Below are positions 13,238-26,121 of a DNA stretch of 64,000 bases, in pieces (position 1 is the stretch's first letter; each line of letters opens with the position of its first letter). The notes beneath the pieces were generated by a model. It did no database searches. It was not told where the DNA came from and saw only the letters and a program-made list of their open reading frames with translations. The position numbers and the translations under genes were made by a program. Source of the stretch: an uncultured Thermoleophilia bacterium (GTDB taxonomy: Bacteria; Actinomycetota; Thermoleophilia; UBA2241); NCBI GenBank assembly GCA_963715985.1, contig CAVQSP010000014.1:640001-704000 (forward strand), given 5' to 3'.

Positions 13238-14531
13238 AGAGATCATCGAGGCGCTGCGCCAGATCGAGAAGGAGAAGGGCATCGCCTTCGACGCCCTTGT
13301 GGCTGCGCTCGAAGACGCGCTGCTCTCGGCCTACAAGAAGACTCCCAATGCCGTCGAGCACGCCAAGGTCGAGGTGGACACCGAGACCGGCGACATGCGC
13401 GTCTACGAGCTCATCTTCCCCGACCACATCGACGTGGAGGCCCTCAAGGTCCACGACGATGAGACCGGCGAGGAGATCGGCCTCGACCTCTCGAGCGTGG
13501 ACATGAGCGAGGTCGAGCGCGTCGAGGTCACGCCCGACGACTTCGGGCGCATCGCCGCGCAGACCGCCAAGCAGGTCATCCTGCAGCGCATCCGCGAGGC
13601 GGAGCGGGACCTCATGTACGAGGAGTACATCGACCGCCTCGGCGAGCTGGTCACCGGCATCGTCCAACAGAGCGACCCGCGTCACAACACGCTCGTCGAG
13701 TTGGGCCGCGTCGAGGCCGAGTTGCCGCGCGGCGAGCAGATCGAGACCGAACACTACGACCACGGCGCCCGCATCAAGGCCGTCATCATGCGCGTGGAGG
13801 ATTCTGCCAAGGGCCCGCAGGTCAAGCTCTCCCGGCGCAGCGAGGAGCTCGTGCGCAAGCTGTTCGAGCTCGAGGTGCCGGAGATCGCCGACGGTCTCGT
13901 GGAGATCAAGCACGTGGCCCGTGAGACCGGCTACCGCGGCAAGGACGGCAAGCCGGTCCCCGGGCGCTGCAAGATCGCCGTCATCTCGCACGCCGACGGC
14001 GTGGACCCCGTGGGCGCGTGCGTCGGCCCTCGCGGCTCGCGCGTGCGCATGGTGGTCAGCGAGCTGCGCGGCGAACGCATCGACATCATCCCGTACAACG
14101 AAGACGCTGCGCGCTTCGTGGCCAAGGCGCTCTCGCCGGCCCGCGTGCGCGAGGTCATCGTCGACGACGAGGAGAAGACCGCCACCATCATCGTGCCCGA
14201 CGACCAGCTTTCGCTGGCCATCGGCAAGGAAGGCCAGAACGCGCGTCTCGCGAGCAAGCTCACCGGCTGGCGCATCGACATCAAGAGCCAGGCACAGATG
14301 GCCGAGGCCGAGAACAACATGGAGTTCGGCGACGACGAGGGCGTGGACGGCCAGTGCATGGCCGTGATGCGCACCGGCAAGCGCTGCCCCAATCAGGCTG
14401 AGCCCGGGTCGCGGTACTGCAGCATCCACGCCGATTACGTGGAGCCCGAGCGCCCGGCCGCCGCCCCGGTGGCCCAGGCCTCCGCCGACGAACCGGCCGA
14501 GAGTCCCGAGCCGGAGGCGAGCGAGGAGTGA
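13230..14531 (+). CDS. nusA: transcription termination factor NusA with C-terminal Cys/His extension
   Basis: FGRIAAQTAKQVI, DPVGACVGPRGSRV and LSLAIGKEGQNARLA motifs. Confidence 0.96.
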   Translation: MSREIIEALRQIEKEKGIAFDALVAALEDALLSAYKKTPNAVEHAKVEVDTETGDMRVYELIFPDHIDVEALKVHDDETGEEIGLDLSSVDMSEVERVEVTPDDFGRIAAQTAKQVILQRIREAERDLMYEEYIDRLGELVTGIVQQSDPRHNTLVELGRVEAELPRGEQIETEHYDHGARIKAVIMRVEDSAKGPQVKLSRRSEELVRKLFELEVPEIADGLVEIKHVARETGYRGKDGKPVPGRCKIAVISHADGVDPVGACVGPRGSRVRMVVSELRGERIDIIPYNEDAARFVAKALSPARVREVIVDDEEKTATIIVPDDQLSLAIGKEGQNARLASKLTGWRIDIKSQAQMAEAENNMEFGDDEGVDGQCMAVMRTGKRCPNQAEPGSRYCSIHADYVEPERPAAAPVAQASADEPAESPEPEASEE

Positions 14532-14800
14532 CGCTCGTGGCCGTGCCCGAACGCACGTGCGTCGGCTGCCGCCGGCGGCGCGAGCAGTCCCAGCTGGTGC
14601 GTCTGGTCCTCACTGAGGGCCGGGTCGTCCCGGCGAACGCGGGCGCGCCCGGACGCGGCGCTTACCTGTGCCCAGACACAACCTGTCTTGCGGCCGCGGA
14701 GAAGAAGCGCGCCTTCGCGCGCGCCTTCCGCGGCCCGGCCACGCTCGACGCTTCGGTGCGCGAGACAGTGGCCAGGACCACGGATCACGAAAGGCGGTGA
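14528..14800 (+). CDS. ylxR: YlxR/DUF448 RNA-binding protein
   Basis: PERTCVGCR and GRGAYLC motifs; between nusA and infB. Confidence 0.88.
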   Translation: MTLVAVPERTCVGCRRRREQSQLVRLVLTEGRVVPANAGAPGRGAYLCPDTTCLAAAEKKRAFARAFRGPATLDASVRETVARTTDHERR

Positions 14801-14805
14801 GGTGA

Positions 14806-16876
<2,071 letters not shown>

Positions 16877-16887
<11 letters not shown>

Positions 16888-17200
16888 CGCCTGCCTCGGC
16901 GTCCTGCTCGCGGAGCTTCACTTCCCAGAGAGCAGGTCGCTGAAGGAGAAGCGCGCGCCTCTCGCGTCGCTGCGCGACGCGGTCCACGCGCGCTTCCGCG
17001 CTTCGTTCAGCGAGGTCGGCCTGCAGGACGTCTGGCAGCGGGCCCGTGTGCTCATCGTGCTCGCGGCGTCGTCCCTGACGCAGGCCGCCGAGCGCCTCGA
17101 CGACGTCGACCGCTTCATCCACGCGCAGGACTTCGAAGTCTCGCGCGTCGTCCTCAAGACCGCGGACACGGTGGGTACCCTGTGGGACATCGACTACTGA
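16877..17200 (+). CDS. DUF503 family protein
   Basis: ELHFPESRSLKEKR...SEVGLQDVWQRA; between infB and rbfA. Confidence 0.85.
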
Positions 17201-17646
17201 GGGTCAACGAGAGCATCAAGGAGATCCTCTCGTCCATCATCACGGCTGAGGGCCTCAAGGACCCGCGCGTCGGGTTCGTCACGGTGACCGGCGTCGAGAC
17301 GTCGCCGGACCTGAGGTACGCGAAGGTCTACGTGAGCGTCCTCGGCAAACAGGCCGAGCGCGACGCCTGTATGGAGGCCCTCGAGCACTCGCGTGGCTAC
17401 CTGCAGGCGCGCCTCAACGCGGCATCGCACATGAAGCGCACCCCGCAACTCGAGTTCCACTACGACAGCACGCTGGACAACGCCCTTCACATCGAGCAGC
17501 TGATGAAGAAGGAGGAGGAAGTCCTCGGCGTGGAGCAGCCGGACATCTTCGTCGCCGGAGAGGACGACGACGCTGATGCGGAGGCTGAAGCGGCAGCAGA
17601 CGGCGCTGAGGAGCCGGCCGGGGACGGGGGAGAGGCCGGCGCGTGA
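17182..17646 (+). CDS. rbfA: ribosome-binding factor A
   Basis: DPRVGFVTVTGV..SPDL and TPQLEFHYD motifs. Confidence 0.93.
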   Translation: MGHRLLRVNESIKEILSSIITAEGLKDPRVGFVTVTGVETSPDLRYAKVYVSVLGKQAERDACMEALEHSRGYLQARLNAASHMKRTPQLEFHYDSTLDNALHIEQLMKKEEEVLGVEQPDIFVAGEDDDADAEAEAAADGAEEPAGDGGEAGA

Positions 17647-18620
17647 AGGCGCTCGCCGCCGACGTCGCCGCACTGTGCCGGCGCATGGCCGCCGAGACGC
17701 GGGTCGCGCTGGCCGTTCACGAGAAGCCCGACCCGGACGCTCTGGGCGCGGCCGGGGGGATGCTCGACCTCTTCGCCCAGCTCGGCGCCGAGGCTCACCT
17801 GTACGTTGTCGAGGGCGAGCTGCTCCCGCTTGAGGCGCTGCTGCTGCCGGCCGGCGACGTGGTGCGCGGGCTGCCGCCTGCCGGGCTGCCTCTGTACGCG
17901 CTCGACTGCGGCACGCTGCCACGCCTGGCCCTGCCGATCGAGAGCTGGGACGGCCCGGTCGTCGACATCGACCACCACCACGACAACACCGCGTTCGGCG
18001 ACGTGAACCTGCTGCGCCCGGACGCCAGCAGCACCAGCGAGATCGTCTGCACGGTGGCCCATGGTCTGCGGCTCACGCCGGGGCTGGCAGCGGCGACGGC
18101 GCTGTACGCCGGCATCTCCTTCGACTCCGGCCACTTCCATCACGGCAGCACCAGCGCCGCCACCTTCGCCTGTGCGGCTTGGCTGCGGGGCTTGGGTGTC
18201 GACGTGACGGCGGTGTACGGCGAGCTGTACGAGCGCGGTTCGCTCGGCGCGCTGCGCCTGCGGGCGCGCGCCGTCGACAGCGTCACGCCGGTGGCGGGCG
18301 GCCGGGGCCTCATCGCGACTGTGCGTCGCGACGACTACGCGGCCGCCGGAGCCGGCGAGGAAGAGACCGAGGGCATCGTGGAGAGCCTTCGCGCCGTGGA
18401 CGGCGTGGAGGCTTCCGCCCTCGTCAAGGAGCAGACCAGCGGCGCTCGCGTGCGCGTGAGCCTGCGCTCCAGCGCCGTGGACGTCAGCGCCATCGCCGCT
18501 CTTCGCGGCGGCGGCGGCCATCGCCTGGCCGCAGGATTCTCCAGCGACGACTCTCCCGAGGAGGTGATCGCGTGGCTCAGTTCAGAACTCGCAAGGTGCC
18601 TCTCGACGGCATCCTCCTGA
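17643..18620 (+). CDS. DHH/DHHA1 phosphoesterase (NrnA-like oligoribonuclease)
   Basis: HEKPDPDA, IDHH, SLRS and GGGH..AAG motifs. Confidence 0.9.
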   Translation: MKALAADVAALCRRMAAETRVALAVHEKPDPDALGAAGGMLDLFAQLGAEAHLYVVEGELLPLEALLLPAGDVVRGLPPAGLPLYALDCGTLPRLALPIESWDGPVVDIDHHHDNTAFGDVNLLRPDASSTSEIVCTVAHGLRLTPGLAAATALYAGISFDSGHFHHGSTSAATFACAAWLRGLGVDVTAVYGELYERGSLGALRLRARAVDSVTPVAGGRGLIATVRRDDYAAAGAGEEETEGIVESLRAVDGVEASALVKEQTSGARVRVSLRSSAVDVSAIAALRGGGGHRLAAGFSSDDSPEEVIAWLSSELARCLSTASS

Positions 18621-19483
18621 TCGACAAGCCCGCCGGCGCCACATCGCACGACGTGGTCGCCCGCGTGCGACGGCTGTTGCGCCCCACGGTCAAGAAGGTC
18701 GGTCACGCCGGCACGCTCGACCCGTTCGCCACGGGGCTGCTCGTGGTGCTCATCGGCAGGGCCACCAAGCTGGCTCGCTTCTTCGTGGATCTGCCCAAGG
18801 AGTACGAGTGCACGCTCAAGTTCGGGGTACGCTCGGACACCGGCGATCTCACAGGCACGCTCACGGAGACCGGTCTGACCACCACGCGTGAGGCTGTGGA
18901 AGCCGTGCTGCCGGACTTCACCGGCAGCATCATGCAGTCGGTCCCCATGACCTCGGCGGTCAAGGTGGACGGGGAGCGTCTCTACAAGAAGGCGCACCGT
19001 GGCGAGGTGATCGAGACCCCTATCAAAGAGGTCGAGATCGAGGCCATCGAGGTGCTCGGCTTCGACGCAGAGGCGCAGACCATGCGCTGCCTCATCGGCT
19101 GCTCGAAGGGCACGTACGTGCGCCAGCTCGCCATCGACATCGGCGAGGCGGTCGGCGCGGGGGCCCACCTCGAACAGCTCTCCCGCACCGCCACCGGTGA
19201 GCTCGACCTGGGCGAGTCCCAGACGCTGGCGGCGTTCGAGGAGGCGGTGACGGCGCGCGATCCCGGCGACGAGCACATCCCCGGCCTCGTCCCGCCGTCC
19301 GCGGCGCTGCAGTTCATGCCGGCGCTGGAGCTCTCGGCGGCCCAGGTGACGGCGGTGCGCAACGGCGCCCGCCTGCCGGGCGGCCCTCCGGAGCCCGTCC
19401 GGCTCACCTTCCGCGGCGAGCTCATCGCCATCTACGGTCCCGCCGAGGAGGGCCACGCCCTCAAGCTGCTCGTCAAGCTCTGA
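18572..19483 (+). CDS. truB: tRNA pseudouridine(55) synthase
   Basis: DKPAGATSHD, KVGHAGTLDPFATG and CSKGTYVR motifs. Confidence 0.95.
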   Translation: MAQFRTRKVPLDGILLIDKPAGATSHDVVARVRRLLRPTVKKVGHAGTLDPFATGLLVVLIGRATKLARFFVDLPKEYECTLKFGVRSDTGDLTGTLTETGLTTTREAVEAVLPDFTGSIMQSVPMTSAVKVDGERLYKKAHRGEVIETPIKEVEIEAIEVLGFDAEAQTMRCLIGCSKGTYVRQLAIDIGEAVGAGAHLEQLSRTATGELDLGESQTLAAFEEAVTARDPGDEHIPGLVPPSAALQFMPALELSAAQVTAVRNGARLPGGPPEPVRLTFRGELIAIYGPAEEGHALKLLVKL

Positions 19484-20475
19484 TGCGCGTCGTCACCGAC
19501 CTGGCGGACCTTGGGCCGCGCCCCAGGGCGGTGGCCATCGGCACGTTCGACGGCGTGCACGCGGGGCACCGCGAGGTCATCGGCCGCGCCGTGGAGCTGG
19601 GCAGGGAGCGCGGCCTCCTCACCACCGTCGTCACCTTCGACCGCCACCCGCTGGCGGTCGTCGACCCGGCGCACGTGCCGGCGCTGCTCACGCCGCTGGC
19701 CGAGAAGGTCCGGCTGATCGCCGAGCTCGGACCCGAGGAGCTCGTCCTGCTGCCGTTCGACGAGCGGCTTGCGGCGCTCACGGCGCCCGAGTTCTGCCGC
19801 ACGATCCTCGCCGACGCCCTGCACGCACGCCTGGTGGTCGTCGGCGAGAACTTCAACTTCGGCGCCGGCGGCACCGGTGACGCGGTGCAACTGCGCGCCT
19901 GCGGCGAGACTCACGGCTTCGAGACCATCGCCCTCGGTCTCGTCACCGAGCACGGCAAGACCATAAGCTCCACGCGCATCCGGCGCCTGCTGCATGCGGG
20001 CGAGCTCGAGGAGGTGCGCGAGATCCTCGGCCGCCCGCCCTCGGCCTCCGGCCGCGTGGTGCAGGGCGACCAGCGCGGCCGCACGCTCGGCGTGCCGACC
20101 GCCAACATCGACGTGGAGGCCGGCCACATCTTCCCGGGCCGCGGGGTCTACGCGGCGCGCGTGCACGTCGGCGGCGACTGGTATCGCGGCGCCGTCAACA
20201 TCGGCCACAACCCCACGTTCCGCAGCAAGGACGCCGAGACGACGCACGTCACGGTCGAGGCCTTCCTGCTCGACTTCAGCGGGGACATCTACGCCTGCGA
20301 CATCCGTGTGGACTTCCTGCACCGCATCCGCGAGGAGCGCCGCTTCGCCGCGGTCGAGGAGCTCGTCGCGCAGATGCAGGACGACATCGCCGCCACGGCG
20401 GCCCTCGCAGACCCCGCCTTCGCCGAGGTCGGCCTGGCTCCCAGCGGCGGGCGCCCGGGCGGCACCACGGCCTGA
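19483..20475 (+). CDS. ribF: riboflavin kinase / FAD synthetase
   Basis: [18 protein letters not shown] and [10 protein letters not shown] motifs. Confidence 0.95.
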   Translation: MRVVTDLADLGPRPRAVAIGTFDGVHAGHREVIGRAVELGRERGLLTTVVTFDRHPLAVVDPAHVPALLTPLAEKVRLIAELGPEELVLLPFDERLAALTAPEFCRTILADALHARLVVVGENFNFGAGGTGDAVQLRACGETHGFETIALGLVTEHGKTISSTRIRRLLHAGELEEVREILGRPPSASGRVVQGDQRGRTLGVPTANIDVEAGHIFPGRGVYAARVHVGGDWYRGAVNIGHNPTFRSKDAETTHVTVEAFLLDFSGDIYACDIRVDFLHRIREERRFAAVEELVAQMQDDIAATAALADPAFAEVGLAPSGGRPGGTTA

Positions 20476-20629
20476 CGGCCCGCGCCGCCCGCGCCTGAAC
20501 GGCCGCCTCATCGGCGCCACGGTCGCGCCCCGCACCCCCCTGTGCTACCCTACCTCGACCGTCTTCTCGGTTGCGGGCCGCCTACCCGCTACTGGGTTCC
20601 CGGACACTCCTGTGAAGGAGGTGAACCAC

Positions 20630-20899
20630 ATGGCAGTCACCAAGGAAGCAAAAGAGACCATCATCGCCAAGCACGCCAAGCACGATGGCGACACCGGCTC
20701 CCCCGAGGTCCAGATCGCCCTTCTCACGGCGCGCATCGAGACCCTCACCGAGCACCTCAAGACGCACAAGAAGGACCACCACAGCAGGCGCGGCCTGCTC
20801 AAGATGGTGGGCCAGCGCCGCCGCCTTCTCAATTACCTGCAGGCGCGCGACCTGGAGCGCTACCGCGCTCTGGTCAAGGAGCTCGAACTCCGCAAGTAG
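20630..20899 (+). CDS. rpsO: 30S ribosomal protein S15
   Basis: [13 protein letters not shown] and [12 protein letters not shown]; 89 aa; ends in TAG. Confidence 0.97.
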   Translation: MAVTKEAKETIIAKHAKHDGDTGSPEVQIALLTARIETLTEHLKTHKKDHHSRRGLLKMVGQRRRLLNYLQARDLERYRALVKELELRK

Positions 20900-21008
20900 C
20901 ACCGATGCGGCGCCCGACGCGCCGTCACCGTCGTCCCCTGCTCCCTGCGGTGGGACGTACCAGAACCCGCGCGCAATGGGGCGCCGGGTCAGGAAGTCGA
21001 AGGAAGAG

Positions 21009-23105
21009 ATGAACACAGTAGAAGTCGAAGTCGGCGGAAAGACCATCACCATCGAGACGGGCCGCATGGCCAAGCAGGCCAACGGCGCCGTGCTGGTGCG
21101 CTGCGGCGACACCACGGTGCTGGTCACGGCAGTAGGTCGCACCGAAGGCCGCGAGGGGCAGGACTTCTTCCCCCTCACGGTCGACGTGGAAGAGCGGCAC
21201 TACGCCGCGGGCAAGATCCCCGGCGGCTTCATCAAGCGCGAGTCGCGGCCCAGCGAGAAGGCTACCCTGGCCGCCCGCCAGATCGACCGGCCCATCAGGC
21301 CGCTGTTCCCCAAGGGCTACATGAACGAAGTCCACGTGGTGGCCACCGTGCTGTCCGTGGACCTCGAGACCAGCTACGACACGCTCGCCACGCTGGGCGC
21401 GTCCGCCGCTCTCGGCCTCAGCGAGATCCCGTTCAACGGCCCGATCGGCTCCGTGCGTGTGGGCCGCATCGAGGACGAGTTCGTGATCAACCCCACGCTC
21501 GTCGAGCTCCAGGACGAGTCTGAGCTCGACCTCGTGGTCACCGGCACCAGAGACGCCATCGTCATGGTCGAGGCCGGCGCCAACCAGGTGTCCGAGGACG
21601 TCATCGTCGAGGCCCTGCGCCTGGCCCACGAGGAGATCCAGAAGCTCATCGACGTGCAGCTCGAGCTGGTGCGCCTGTGCGGCAAGGCCAAGTGGGAGGT
21701 CCCCGCGTGGACCGTCGACGAGGGCATCCTCGCCGAGGTGCGCGGCCAGTACGGTGCGGCCCTCGACGCCGCCACGCAGGTGGCGGACAAGAAGGCCCGC
21801 CAGGACGCCACGTCCGAGGTCAAGAAGGCCGCCGTCGAGGCGCTGCTCAACGAGGACTCGCCGGTCGAGCGCGTCACGCACGTCAAGCGCGCCCTCGCTC
21901 AGGTCGAGAAGGAGCTCGTGCGCAAGCGCATCGCCGTGGAGAAGCGCCGCCCCGACGGCCGCAAGACCGACGAGGTCCGGCCCATCACCTGCGAGGTCGG
22001 CGTGATCCCGCGCGTGCACGGCAGTGCCCTCTTCACGCGCGGCGAGACGCAGGCCCTCAGCCTGCTCACGCTCGGCGGGACCGGTGAGTTCCAGCGCATC
22101 GACGGCCTCGGCATCGAGGACAAGAAGCGCTACATCCACCACTACAACTTCCCGCCGTTCTCGGTGGGGGAGACGGGCTTCATGCGCGGCCCCAAGCGCC
22201 GCGACATCGGCCACGGCGCCCTCGCCGAGCGTGCCCTTCTTCCCGTCCTCCCGGACGAGGTCGCGTTCCCGTACACCACGCGCATCGTCTCCGAGATCCT
22301 CGAGAGCAACGGGTCCTCGTCGATGGCCAGCGTGTGCGGCTCCACCTTGTCTCTGATGGACGCCGGCGTGCAGATCACCGCTCCGGTGGCGGGCACCGCC
22401 ATGGGTCTCATCAAGGAGGGCGACGCCTACACCGTGCTCACCGACATCGCCGGCGTAGAGGACCACCTCGGCGACATGGACTTCAAGGTGGCCGGCACCG
22501 CTGAGGGCATCACCGCCCTGCAGATGGACATCAAGATCAGCGGCGTGACGTTCGAGATCCTCACCGAGGCGCTCGAGCAGGCCCGCAAGGCGCGCCTGCA
22601 CATCCTCGGCAAGATGCTGGAGACCATCCCCGAGCCGCGCAGCGAGCTCTCGGAGTGGGCGCCGCGCATCTTCAGCATCCAGATCAACCCCGACCAGATC
22701 GGCCTCATCATCGGCAAGGGCGGCGAGACCATCCGCGGCATGACCGACGAGTTCGGGGCCGACATCGACATCCAGGAGGACGGCACGATCTTCATCTGCG
22801 CCCCCGACCAGGAGGCCGCGGAGGGCGTCATCAACCGCATCCAGTCGATGACCAAGGAGATCGAGGTCGGCGACGTGTTCACAGGCCGCGTGGTCAAGAC
22901 CACCGACTTCGGCGCCTTCGTGGAGCTCAAGAAGGGTACCGACGGCCTGCTGCACATCTCGCGTCTCGGCCAGAAGGGCGAGCGCGTCAAGTCGGTCGAG
23001 GACGTCGTCAAGCGCGGCGACACGGTGACCGTCGAGGTCGTCGAGATCGACAAGGCACGCAACCGCATCGGGCTCTCGCTGCTCAAGCGGCCCGACGCCG
23101 AGTAA
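21009..23105 (+). CDS. pnp: polyribonucleotide nucleotidyltransferase
   Basis: [25 protein letters not shown] and DMDFKVAG motifs; KH and S1 domains. Confidence 0.97.
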   Translation: MNTVEVEVGGKTITIETGRMAKQANGAVLVRCGDTTVLVTAVGRTEGREGQDFFPLTVDVEERHYAAGKIPGGFIKRESRPSEKATLAARQIDRPIRPLFPKGYMNEVHVVATVLSVDLETSYDTLATLGASAALGLSEIPFNGPIGSVRVGRIEDEFVINPTLVELQDESELDLVVTGTRDAIVMVEAGANQVSEDVIVEALRLAHEEIQKLIDVQLELVRLCGKAKWEVPAWTVDEGILAEVRGQYGAALDAATQVADKKARQDATSEVKKAAVEALLNEDSPVERVTHVKRALAQVEKELVRKRIAVEKRRPDGRKTDEVRPITCEVGVIPRVHGSALFTRGETQALSLLTLGGTGEFQRIDGLGIEDKKRYIHHYNFPPFSVGETGFMRGPKRRDIGHGALAERALLPVLPDEVAFPYTTRIVSEILESNGSSSMASVCGSTLSLMDAGVQITAPVAGTAMGLIKEGDAYTVLTDIAGVEDHLGDMDFKVAGTAEGITALQMDIKISGVTFEILTEALEQARKARLHILGKMLETIPEPRSELSEWAPRIFSIQINPDQIGLIIGKGGETIRGMTDEFGADIDIQEDGTIFICAPDQEAAEGVINRIQSMTKEIEVGDVFTGRVVKTTDFGAFVELKKGTDGLLHISRLGQKGERVKSVEDVVKRGDTVTVEVVEIDKARNRIGLSLLKRPDAE

Positions 23106-23129
23106 GAAGACCGGGAGCGGGAGACGGCC

Positions 23130-24398
23130 ACGGCGGCCTACCGCCTCTCAACGCTGGACAACGGCCTGCGAGTGGTCACCGAGCGCACGCACAACGTGCG
23201 CTCGGTGGCGCTCGGGCTGTGGATCGCCGTCGGCTCGCGCCAGGAGCCGCTCGAGCTCGGCGGCGTCTCGCACTTCATCGAGCACCTCATCTTCAAGGGC
23301 TCGGAGCAGTACTCCGCTCTGGACATCGCCCGCATCTTCGACGACATGGGCGGCGAGCCCAACGCGTCCACGTCCAAGGAGCACACGCTGGTCAACGCGC
23401 GGTTCCTCGACGAGGACCTCGACAAAGCGTTCGAGGTCATCGCCGAGATGGTCGCCAGGCCCAGCTTCGTCGACCTGGATCAGGAGCGCGAGGTCGTCCT
23501 CGAAGAAGTGGCCATGTACGAGGACTCCCCGCCGGAGCTCATCCACGACGACCTCAGCGAGGTCGTGTTCGTGGACCATCCGCTGGGGCGCCCCATCATC
23601 GGGCACGTCGACACGCTCGAGCGCATCGACGTGCCCACCGTGCGCTCGTACCACGACGCCCATTACGTGAACCCGGGCATCGTGGTCTCGGCCGCCGGCA
23701 ACATCGACCACGACCAGCTCTGCGGGCTGGCCGCCAGGCACTTCCGCCCGGAGCCCGGCGCGGTGGTGCTTCAGGCGGAGCTCAGCGCGCCCGGCTTCCG
23801 CCACGTGGCGCGCTTCCGCGAGAAGGACACCGAGCAGTACCACGTCTGCCTGGGCGGACCGGGGCCGCGCCGCACCGACCCGGACCGCTACGCCGTGTTC
23901 GTGGTCGACACCATCCTCGGCAGCTCCTGGAGCTCGCGCCTCTTCCAGGAGGTGCGTGAGCAGCGCGGCCTCGCCTACTCCGTGTACTCCTACGTCTCGC
24001 TGTACGCCGACGCCGGCCTCACGGCCATCTACTGTGGCTCGCGCGAGGAGGCCATAGGGGAGGCCATGGAGGTCATCCTCGAGGTCCTCGACGATCTCGG
24101 CAAGGACGTCGCCGAGGAGACCATCCAGCGTGCCAAGAACCACCTCAAGGGCCAGCACGTGCTCAGCATGGAGAGCCCCGGGGCGCGCATGCAGTCACAG
24201 GGCAGGGCCGTGCTCACAGGGCAGCCTGTGCTCACCGTCGACGAGGTGCTGGCCCGCATCGACGCCGTCACACACGACGACGTCATGACGGCGGTGCGCC
24301 GCTACTACGACCCGCAGAAGTGGTCCACGGTCTGCATCGGGCCGCGGCCGGAGCCGTTCCGGGCCGTCACCGAGGGCTTTCTCTGGGAGGAACGATAA
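23130..24398 (+). CDS. M16 family (pitrilysin-like) zinc peptidase; start uncertain, possibly non-canonical
   Basis: YRLSTLDNGLRVVTE begins upstream of the first GTG (23172); HFIEH inverted zincin motif; SRLFQEVREQRGLAYSV. Confidence 0.9.
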   Translation, partial: TAAYRLSTLDNGLRVVTERTHNVRSVALGLWIAVGSRQEPLELGGVSHFIEHLIFKGSEQYSALDIARIFDDMGGEPNASTSKEHTLVNARFLDEDLDKAFEVIAEMVARPSFVDLDQEREVVLEEVAMYEDSPPELIHDDLSEVVFVDHPLGRPIIGHVDTLERIDVPTVRSYHDAHYVNPGIVVSAAGNIDHDQLCGLAARHFRPEPGAVVLQAELSAPGFRHVARFREKDTEQYHVCLGGPGPRRTDPDRYAVFVVDTILGSSWSSRLFQEVREQRGLAYSVYSYVSLYADAGLTAIYCGSREEAIGEAMEVILEVLDDLGKDVAEETIQRAKNHLKGQHVLSMESPGARMQSQGRAVLTGQPVLTVDEVLARIDAVTHDDVMTAVRRYYDPQKWSTVCIGPRPEPFRAVTEGFLWEER

Positions 24399-24450
24399 GC
24401 GATATGTACCTCCGGTGTCCCGCTTGTGTACGCCGGAAGAGAGGGGCGTC

Positions 24451-25206
24451 ATGACAGGCATCCTCATCACCGGCGCCGCCGGCAAGATGGGCGGCCTCAG
24501 CGCCGAGACCGTGGCCGCCCAGGACGACCTCGAGGTCGTCGCCCTCGTCGACCCCAAGGGCGGGGCCAAGGCGGGCGACGCCCCGTGCTTCGCCGCAGTG
24601 GAGCAGGCACTGGCGCGCACGTCGCCGCAGGCCGCCCTCGAGTTCAGCGTGCCGGGCGCCGTGTTCGACAACACGAAGCTGCTCCTCGACGCCGGGGTGC
24701 CCACGGTGGTGGGCGCGACCGGTCTCACGGATCCCCAGGTGGAGGAGCTGTCCGGTGCCGCGGAGGCGTCCGGCGCCGGCCTCGTCATCGTGCCCAACTT
24801 CGCGCTCGGCGCGGTGCTGCTCATGCGCTTCGCCGCGGAGGCGGCGCGGCACTACGGGCACGCCGAGATCATCGAGCTGCACGAGGCCGGCAAGCTCGAC
24901 GCGCCGTCCGGCACGAGCCTTCGCACCGCGCGCCTCATGGCCGAGGCGCCGGGGTCGGCTCTGCGGGACGCGCCCGGAGAGCAGCCCTCACGCGGGCTCG
25001 CCGCAGACCACGTGCGCATCCACAGCGTCAGGCTGCCGGGCGTCGTCGCCCACCAGGAGGTGCTCTTCGGCGGAGAGGACGAGCTGCTCACCATCCGCCA
25101 CGACTCGCTCTCGCGCCGCTCCTTCATGAGCGGTGTGCTCCTGGCCTTGCGCCGCGTCGGCGAGATCAAGGGGACTGTCGTGGGGCTCGAGAACCTCTTA
25201 GACTAG
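24451..25206 (+). CDS. dapB: 4-hydroxy-tetrahydrodipicolinate reductase
   Basis: GAAGKMG, ELHEAGKLDAPSGT and IHSVRLPG motifs. Confidence 0.93.
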   Translation: MTGILITGAAGKMGGLSAETVAAQDDLEVVALVDPKGGAKAGDAPCFAAVEQALARTSPQAALEFSVPGAVFDNTKLLLDAGVPTVVGATGLTDPQVEELSGAAEASGAGLVIVPNFALGAVLLMRFAAEAARHYGHAEIIELHEAGKLDAPSGTSLRTARLMAEAPGSALRDAPGEQPSRGLAADHVRIHSVRLPGVVAHQEVLFGGEDELLTIRHDSLSRRSFMSGVLLALRRVGEIKGTVVGLENLLD

Positions 25207-25239
25207 CTTCAGGTACGTCACGCGCCGAGGAGACACACC

Positions 25240-26121
25240 GTGAGAGACAGCCTGGGGACGATCCTGACCGCGATGGTCACACCGTTCGACGAGCAGCTTG
25301 GCGTCGACTACGAGCGCCTCGCGGCGCTCGCCGCCTACCTGCTCGATCACGGCTCCGATGGGCTTGTCGTCGCCGGCACCACCGGCGAGTCCCCCACCCT
25401 CACCGACGCCGAGAAGACGGCCATGTTCCGCGCCGTCGTGGAGGCCGTCGGAGACCGCGCTCCGGTCGTGGCCGGCACCGGGTCCAACGACACGGCCCAC
25501 AGTGTGGAGCTCACGCGTAAGGCGGAGGCGTGCGGCGTGGACGCCGTGCTCGTCGTCACGCCCTACTACAACAAGCCGCCGGACCGGGGCATCCTCGCGC
25601 ACTTCCGTGCGGTCGCAGCCGCCACCAGCCTCCCCGTCATCGTGTACAACATCCCCGGGCGCTGCGTCGTGAACATCTCGCCTGAGCTGTTCGCCGAGCT
25701 GGCGACCGTGGAGAACATCGTCGCCGTCAAGCAGGCCAACCCGGACCTCGACGAGACCCGGCGCCTGCGCGAGCGGTGCGACCTCGCGGTCTACGCCGGC
25801 AACGACGACATGCTGCTCGACGTGCTCACCATGGGAGGAGCCGGGGGCATCTGCGTGGCCAGCCACGTCGTGGGTCCGCAGTTGGCCGAGATGGCGCGCC
25901 TGGTGCGGGCCGGGGACCTCGCCGCCGCGACCGCCCTCGACGAGTCGCTCCGCGACCTCTACAAGACGCTCTTCATCACCAGCAACCCCATCCCGGTGAA
26001 GGCGGCGCTCAACCTCTTGGGGCAGGAGGTCGGCGGGCTCCGCCTGCCGCTTCTGCCTGCCACCCCCGAGGAGACGGCCGCAGTAGCCGCCGAGCTCCGC
26101 CGCCTGGAGCTGCTCCAATGA
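25240..26121 (+). CDS. dapA: 4-hydroxy-tetrahydrodipicolinate synthase
   Basis: TAMVTPF, GTTGES, TPYYNKP and YNIPGR motifs. Confidence 0.95.
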   Translation: MRDSLGTILTAMVTPFDEQLGVDYERLAALAAYLLDHGSDGLVVAGTTGESPTLTDAEKTAMFRAVVEAVGDRAPVVAGTGSNDTAHSVELTRKAEACGVDAVLVVTPYYNKPPDRGILAHFRAVAAATSLPVIVYNIPGRCVVNISPELFAELATVENIVAVKQANPDLDETRRLRERCDLAVYAGNDDMLLDVLTMGGAGGICVASHVVGPQLAEMARLVRAGDLAAATALDESLRDLYKTLFITSNPIPVKAALNLLGQEVGGLRLPLLPATPEETAAVAAELRRLELLQ

